NCBI GenBank assembly: GCA_021498095.1
Contig: JAIZWK010000001.1
Coordinates: 1,350,001-1,382,000 of the forward strand
Length of the DNA stretch: 32,000 nt
Source: Candidatus Harpocratesius repetitus
Lineage (GTDB): Archaea > Asgardarchaeota > Lokiarchaeia > Sigyniarchaeales > Promethearchaeaceae
Direction of reading: 5' to 3'
Both the position numbers and the translations under genes were made by a program. Of the stretch, positions 26,676 to 32,000 are shown one piece after another; position 1 is the first letter of the stretch, and each line of letters begins with the position of its first letter. Under the pieces are notes generated by a model, which saw only the letters and a list, made by a program, of their open reading frames with translations, had not been told where the DNA came from and ran no database searches.

Positions 26676-28088
26676 ATGTCGATGAATTCCTTAAAAAAAT
26701 CTTCCCAAATTAAAAAAGAAATTCGTACTACAGAATTGGTAATTGATTCAAATGATGTCATGGTAAAAGAATATGTTGCAGGACAGTGGAATTCAGAAGA
26801 ACTATTTGTTGGCTTCTCTTATTCATTCGCAATAAAAATCGATAGTGTTAGGGGATTTCAAAATATACCTCCAAATGAATACAAAAATGGAGCAAAAAAT
26901 GGAAAAATACCGATCGAAAGTAAATTAAACGCTCTAAAAAATGAAATCCATGTAAGATTTTCCCGCCCTTATCAAAAAGGGGAAATTTATGCATATGAAC
27001 TCCACTTATTAATTAATCCTAACGGCTTTATTCAACAATTAGGTTCATTAAAAATTATAGATTGGCCAAAACAAGATCTTTCTCGCATTATATTTCTTCC
27101 AAATGCTGGGTCTATCTTTTTTAGTTCTGCACTTGCAAAAATTACAGCAGATATACGATCTAAAGCAAAAATTATTGAACCTGGTGCCTTTTCTCATTCA
27201 ATTATTTCACATTCAAGAAAATCTTCTGCAATTCGAATTGAATGGGGAAAAGTATCACCTATTTTATTACAATTTAATTATATTATTCGAAATATTGGAA
27301 GAAAAATCGCAAAAAACATTAAATTAACTTCCTATATTCCACCAAATACTAAATTTCAAAAATCATTCATTAAATTAAATAGAAATATCTATCAAAATAA
27401 AGATCTTGATGAAAATATTATGGTTGATTTTGAATTAGAAAGTTTAGATCCAAAAATGCAATATACTTTTTCATTTACTGTTCAAATTATAAAAACGGGC
27501 AATCGAAGTATCATTTTACCAAATTTTGGAACATGGAATGAATACAAATCTTTGACTTCACCTAATACAATTGGAGAATCAATGATTCAACCTTCAAGAT
27601 TTTGGCCACTTGAAAATCCAAAAATTATTGAATTAGTTAAAGTATTAAAGAAAAATTCCATAAATGCATCACAATATATCAAGTTAGCGTTTGAATTTGT
27701 AAATCAAAAGATTTCTTATGAGATTAATGGAATTAGAGAAGATGCTGCATCTGTATTAGCATCTCGAAAAGGTGATTGCTCTGAAATGTCTGATCTATTT
27801 GTAGCAATTCTTCGAGGTGGTGGAATCCCTGCAAAGATTGTCCATGGATGGATTATTGAGCTTGAATCTTTTAAATTAGAACCCCATGCTTGGTGCGAGT
27901 TTTTTTCACCTCGTGCTGGAGGTTGGCGTGAGTGTGATCCAACTTGGGGCTATCTGACAGGAGTTTCTTGCCAGCACATAACACGCCAAAGAGAAGGAAT
28001 AATCAAAGAACAGCATGCCTTCTCTTGGATATATCAAGGAGAAACTGACGTAACTATTGAAGAACAAATTTCGATCACCAAGATATAA
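26676..28088 (+). CDS. Transglutaminase-like (Cys-His-Asp) domain protein
   Basis: GDCSEMSDLFVAILRGGGIPA, PHAWCEF, WRECDPTWG; large beta-rich N-terminal part; no signal peptide or TM segment seen. Confidence 0.9.
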   Translation: MSMNSLKKSSQIKKEIRTTELVIDSNDVMVKEYVAGQWNSEELFVGFSYSFAIKIDSVRGFQNIPPNEYKNGAKNGKIPIESKLNALKNEIHVRFSRPYQKGEIYAYELHLLINPNGFIQQLGSLKIIDWPKQDLSRIIFLPNAGSIFFSSALAKITADIRSKAKIIEPGAFSHSIISHSRKSSAIRIEWGKVSPILLQFNYIIRNIGRKIAKNIKLTSYIPPNTKFQKSFIKLNRNIYQNKDLDENIMVDFELESLDPKMQYTFSFTVQIIKTGNRSIILPNFGTWNEYKSLTSPNTIGESMIQPSRFWPLENPKIIELVKVLKKNSINASQYIKLAFEFVNQKISYEINGIREDAASVLASRKGDCSEMSDLFVAILRGGGIPAKIVHGWIIELESFKLEPHAWCEFFSPRAGGWRECDPTWGYLTGVSCQHITRQREGIIKEQHAFSWIYQGETDVTIEEQISITKI

Positions 28089-28208
28089 AAATGCTTTCAA
28101 AATTCGTTATCTATGGTTGCAAAATTTGCAAAAGATTATCAGAATAAAAAATATTTTAATTCTTGAGAGCTTAAATTACATGTTATAGTATTTAGGATAA
28201 GGATAGAA

Positions 28209-30353
28209 ATGGTCTTACAGACAGTTCAATCAATTGAACCGATGTTCCATCCGAAATCTGTGGCGATAATCGGCGCGAGTAATAAAAATGGAAAGATTGG
28301 GAATACTCTTTTAGTAAATATACAGAAATCTGGATATGAAGGTAAAGTTTTTCCAATAAACACTAAGGAAACCGAAATTTTAGGATTTCCCGCGTTTAAA
28401 TCTATATTAGATGTCCCAGATGAAATTGACTTGGGTGTGATTTGCATCCCCAGTAAATTCTGTGTTCCTGTAGTAGATGAATGTGGAAAAAAGGGAGTAA
28501 AAACACTTGTAATTATTACCGCTGGTTTTAAAGAAATCGGTGGTGAAGGAGTTACTCGTGAAAATAAAATTAGAGAATTGGGAAAGCAATATGGTATGCG
28601 TATTTTGGGACCTAATTGTTTAGGTTTAATTACCGATGGTAATTTCTCATTTTCTTCGCTGACTCCTAAGAAAGGACATATTGGTATGCTTTCTCAATCT
28701 GGGGCCATGATGACAGGATTATTGGATTGGGCAGTTGATAATCAAATTGGTTTTTCAAGTTTTATTTCTTTAGGGAATAAATGTGATGCTGATGAAGTTG
28801 ATTTTATTGAATATTTGGCTCAAGACGAACAAACAAAGGTAATTGCTGCATATATTGAATCTGTCCAAGATGGAGAAAAATTCTTTAAAGTTGTATCTGA
28901 AGCTACCAAGAAAAAACCTGTTATTCTTTTAAAATCTGGGCGTAGTGCAGCAGGTGCAAAAGCAGCATCTTCTCATACAGGTGCTTTAGCTGGGAGCGAT
29001 ATTGCATTTGATCTTGCTTTTAAAAAAGCAGGTGTTATTAGAGCAGAAACAATTTCTGATTTATTTAATTATTGTATGACGTTTATCATCGCTCCAATTC
29101 CACAAGGAGACAAATTTGCAATCATTACGAACGCAGGTGGACCAGGAATTGTTTGTACAGATGCAATGGAATTATCTCAATTAGGAATCGCTCGTTTTTC
29201 TGAAGATACAATTCAAAAACTTAAAGAAGTGTTACCTGCTGAATCAAATTTCTACAATCCCGTTGATATTATTGGGGATGCACCTCCCGAACGATACGAG
29301 GCTGCAACAGATATTCTCCTTCAATGTCCTGATTCTGAAGTTGCTGGCGCAATTATTCTTCTTACTCCTCAAGCTCAAACAAAACCATTAGAAGTTGCGC
29401 AAAAAATTGCCTCCTTACATCAAAAATATCCCACAAAATCATTAGTTGCCAGTTTCATTGGAGGTGTGAGTGTAAATGAAGCCTCAAAACATTTAACACA
29501 AGGTGGCGTTCCTACATATGCTTTTCCCGAAGATGCAGTTAGAGTCCTTAAGGGTCTTGAAAGATATAAGGATATTAAACAAGCTCCTCCAATAACAAAG
29601 AAAAAAATACCTAAAATTAATGTTAATAAAGATCGAGTTCGAGAAATTATATCCAATGCAAGAACTGATGGTCGGGTTGTACTATTAAGTTATGAAACAT
29701 CTGAAATATTTGATCTATATGGAATAAAAAATCCCAAATCAAGACTCGCTCAAACTGCACGTGATGCTGCTAAAATTGCTGAAGAAATTGGATTTCCTGT
29801 AGTAATGAAAATTGTATCTCCTCAAATTATTCACAAATGGGACTGTGGTGGTGTAGTTTTAAATATACAATCTGCTCAAGATGCTAAAAATGCCTTTATC
29901 CAAATAATGTCTAATGCGAAATCCAAAGGACCTTCTGGCGCTGATCTCCGAGGTGTTGAAGTTCAAGAAATGATTATTAAGAAAGATAAAAAGAAAATTA
30001 ATGAATTAATATTTGGAGTAAATCGCGATCCTCAATGGGGTCCAATGATAATGGTTGGTAGTGGAGGCATCTACGCAAATTATGTCAAAGATGTTCAATT
30101 TGAGTTAACTTATCAATACGATCGCACAGATGCCTTAAATCAGTTGCAACAAACCAAGATATCGAAGATTCTTGAAGGAGTTAGGGGTGAACCCCGAAGT
30201 GATATCGATGGTGTTTTGGATATTTTAGTACGTCTATCGCAACTTGTTAATGATTTTACAGAAATTATTGAATTGGATATCAACCCTTGTTTGGTTTTTG
30301 AAGCTGAATCAGGTTACAGTGCTGTTGATATCAAAATAACAATAAAACATTAA
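28209..30353 (+). CDS. acdAB: Acetate--CoA ligase (ADP-forming), fused alpha-beta
   Basis: PKSVAIIGAS, GPNCLG, SQSGA, SLGNKCD, SHTGALAG (phospho-His), NAGGPG, NPVDIIGDA, then ATP-grasp FPVVMKIVSPQIIHKWDCGGV and ELDINP. Confidence 0.93.
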   Translation: MVLQTVQSIEPMFHPKSVAIIGASNKNGKIGNTLLVNIQKSGYEGKVFPINTKETEILGFPAFKSILDVPDEIDLGVICIPSKFCVPVVDECGKKGVKTLVIITAGFKEIGGEGVTRENKIRELGKQYGMRILGPNCLGLITDGNFSFSSLTPKKGHIGMLSQSGAMMTGLLDWAVDNQIGFSSFISLGNKCDADEVDFIEYLAQDEQTKVIAAYIESVQDGEKFFKVVSEATKKKPVILLKSGRSAAGAKAASSHTGALAGSDIAFDLAFKKAGVIRAETISDLFNYCMTFIIAPIPQGDKFAIITNAGGPGIVCTDAMELSQLGIARFSEDTIQKLKEVLPAESNFYNPVDIIGDAPPERYEAATDILLQCPDSEVAGAIILLTPQAQTKPLEVAQKIASLHQKYPTKSLVASFIGGVSVNEASKHLTQGGVPTYAFPEDAVRVLKGLERYKDIKQAPPITKKKIPKINVNKDRVREIISNARTDGRVVLLSYETSEIFDLYGIKNPKSRLAQTARDAAKIAEEIGFPVVMKIVSPQIIHKWDCGGVVLNIQSAQDAKNAFIQIMSNAKSKGPSGADLRGVEVQEMIIKKDKKKINELIFGVNRDPQWGPMIMVGSGGIYANYVKDVQFELTYQYDRTDALNQLQQTKISKILEGVRGEPRSDIDGVLDILVRLSQLVNDFTEIIELDINPCLVFEAESGYSAVDIKITIKH

Positions 30354-30406
30354 AAATAAAGTAATGATAAAATTTCTTTCTATTTTTTTTCACGGGTGAT
30401 TCGATA

Positions 30407-31480
30407 ATGGGAAAAAACATCATGTTAACTTCCACCAAATCTGGTGCAGGAAAAAGCGTTGTGGCTATAGGCTTATTTCTTAAAATGAAAGAAATGGGCA
30501 AAAGGATGGGTTATTTCAAACCAATAGGGGATGCAATGACACGACAAGAGAAAAGCAGGACAGATAAGGATGTATCTGTTATCTCTTCTGTTGTGGCGAG
30601 AAAATTCTCTAAAGAAGAAATTTGTCCTTATTTCTTAAATCCTGAGTCATATTTAGATGAAATTTTGCCTGAAGATTCAATAGAAATTCAACAGAAAATT
30701 AAAGACAGATTTTCCAGTATGGAGGCAAAATCAGATTATATTATCATAGAAGGTAATCATTCTTATAATCAATATTCTCCAGTTAATTTAGATGATCTCT
30801 ATTTTGCAAAAGCCTTTAATGCTGATATGGTAATATGTGCTCCAATCAGTGATGATAATGACTTGAATTCGGTTATTTTCTGTTACAAATATATTACATC
30901 ACGAAATTTGAATGTTTTAGGTGTTATTCTAAATGCTAGAACAAAGACAGCAGAAGTAAGAATTCAAAAATATCACAAAAAAATCTTAGCGGAACAAGGT
31001 ATTCGAGTAATTGGTTCTCTTCAAAATGTGAAAGATTTAGAGAAACCGACAATTGCTGAAATAATGGATGCTACGGGAGCAAAATTATATTCAGGTGATT
31101 TTTTAAAGGTTAAAAATCATTTAGTAGGATCATTTATTATAGGGGCAATGGGTGCTGATGCTGCTCTAAAAATATTACGAGCAAATATAGATAAATGTGT
31201 TATTACAGGTGGAGATCGGACTGATATTGCATTAGCTGCTTTAGATACAAGTACTAAAGTTATTATTTTTACTGGAAATATGGATCCTGTTCCTCGAGTT
31301 GTAAGTGTTGCACAAGAAAAGGAAGTGCCTTTATTAACAACAAATACAGATACATTTACTGTTGCAGAGCAAATTCGACGAATTAAGACCCATATTCAAC
31401 CAAATGAAATTCAAATATGTCGTGATCAAGTCGAAAATTTGAATATAGATGTTATTTTCTCAGAGAACAATAATAATTAA
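30407..31480 (+). CDS. Stand-alone phosphotransacetylase N-terminal-like protein (BioD-like P-loop plus DRTGG), paralog 1
   Basis: TSTKSGAGKS P-loop, GYFKPIG, IIIEG, VITGGDRTD (DRTGG domain); ends without a PTA catalytic domain. Confidence 0.9.
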   Translation: MGKNIMLTSTKSGAGKSVVAIGLFLKMKEMGKRMGYFKPIGDAMTRQEKSRTDKDVSVISSVVARKFSKEEICPYFLNPESYLDEILPEDSIEIQQKIKDRFSSMEAKSDYIIIEGNHSYNQYSPVNLDDLYFAKAFNADMVICAPISDDNDLNSVIFCYKYITSRNLNVLGVILNARTKTAEVRIQKYHKKILAEQGIRVIGSLQNVKDLEKPTIAEIMDATGAKLYSGDFLKVKNHLVGSFIIGAMGADAALKILRANIDKCVITGGDRTDIALAALDTSTKVIIFTGNMDPVPRVVSVAQEKEVPLLTTNTDTFTVAEQIRRIKTHIQPNEIQICRDQVENLNIDVIFSENNNN

Positions 31481-31496
31481 GGGAGTAAAGGAAAAA

Positions 31497-32000
31497 ATGG
31501 AATCGAAAACAATATTATTATCTTCTACTAAAAGAGGTTCAGGAAAATCTGTTGTTGCCATTGGTGCTTTTTTAAAATATAAAGAAAATGGCTTAAATCC
31601 TGGATATTTTAAACCAATTGGAGATTCATCAACAATTAAGCCTAAAAACTTAACAGATAAAGATGCATCAATTATTATTAGTATTCTTGCCCGAAAATTC
31701 AGCCAAGAACAGATATGTCCACAGTTATTAAATCCTCATTACTTTTTAGATGAAATTCTTCCTGATGAAACGCTTGAAATATTCGAAAAAATCACAGATG
31801 CATTTGAAAATATTGCATCAAAAACAGATGTGATAATCATTGAAGGAAATCATGATTATATGCAGTATTCAGCAATACAATTAGATGATGTTCATATTGC
31901 AAAAAAATTTAATGCTAAAGTTATTATCTGTGCACCTATAGCAAATGATAATGATATTGATGATCTTCTTTCTGCAATAGATTCATTTAAGCAATTTGAT
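31497..32000 (+). CDS. Second BioD-like/DRTGG paralog, 3' end outside the window (missing from the ORF track)
   Basis: Translated by hand: MESKTILLSSTKRGSGKSVVAIG...GYFKPIGD...TDKDASII...LARKFSQEQICP...FLDEILPDE...IIIEGNH...LDD..IAKKFNA..IICAPI..DND, collinear with paralog 1; open to the window end. Confidence 0.92.
   Translation, partial: MESKTILLSSTKRGSGKSVVAIGAFLKYKENGLNPGYFKPIGDSSTIKPKNLTDKDASIIISILARKFSQEQICPQLLNPHYFLDEILPDETLEIFEKITDAFENIASKTDVIIIEGNHDYMQYSAIQLDDVHIAKKFNAKVIICAPIANDNDIDDLLSAIDSFKQFD

Noticed and set aside
11-29656. Short track ORFs overlapping longer genes (e.g. 11-262, 2032-2262, 2587-2910, 6938-7204, 7331-7591, 13942-14214, 15951-16217, 22840-23067, 27103-27327, 29420-29656)
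   Set aside because: All lie antisense or out of frame within genes with strong motif support and show no motifs of their own; treated as shadow ORFs.

Overview
AT-rich archaeal chromosomal window, densely coding, with no recognisable tRNA, rRNA, CRISPR array or mobile element. The gene set (Topo VI, Nog1, DHH/RecJ-Cdc45-like nuclease, SepSecS, unusual small hypothetical proteins) suggests an Asgard archaeon, probably Lokiarchaeia; this is inference, not a search result. Left to right: glmS (5'-truncated), leuS, a minus-strand block (top6B, top6A, HEAT/coiled-coil protein, 197-aa hypothetical), coaBC, a hypothetical, a DHH nuclease, a hypothetical, SepSecS, hypothetical-DUF504-Nog1, an acetyl-CoA hydrolase/transferase-GNAT fusion, two tiny membrane ORFs, a class-V aminotransferase plus serA, a DUF998-like membrane protein, an orphan PAS histidine kinase, a transglutaminase-like protein, an ADP-forming acetate-CoA ligase and two tandem stand-alone BioD/DRTGG (Pta N-terminal-like) paralogs, the second cut by the window end and absent from the ORF track. 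The best candidate for an undescribed system is the Topo VI locus: a 1154-aa Top6B with intact catalytic motifs, three large insertions and a basic tail ending in a predicted winged helix, plus a HEAT/coiled-coil gene overlapping the top6A stop that may encode an accessory subunit. Also notable: a bacterial-core/archaeal-tail LeuRS with an extra C4 motif before KMSKS, the ACD plus twin DRTGG module, and a 34-bp tandem duplication filling a divergent intergenic region.
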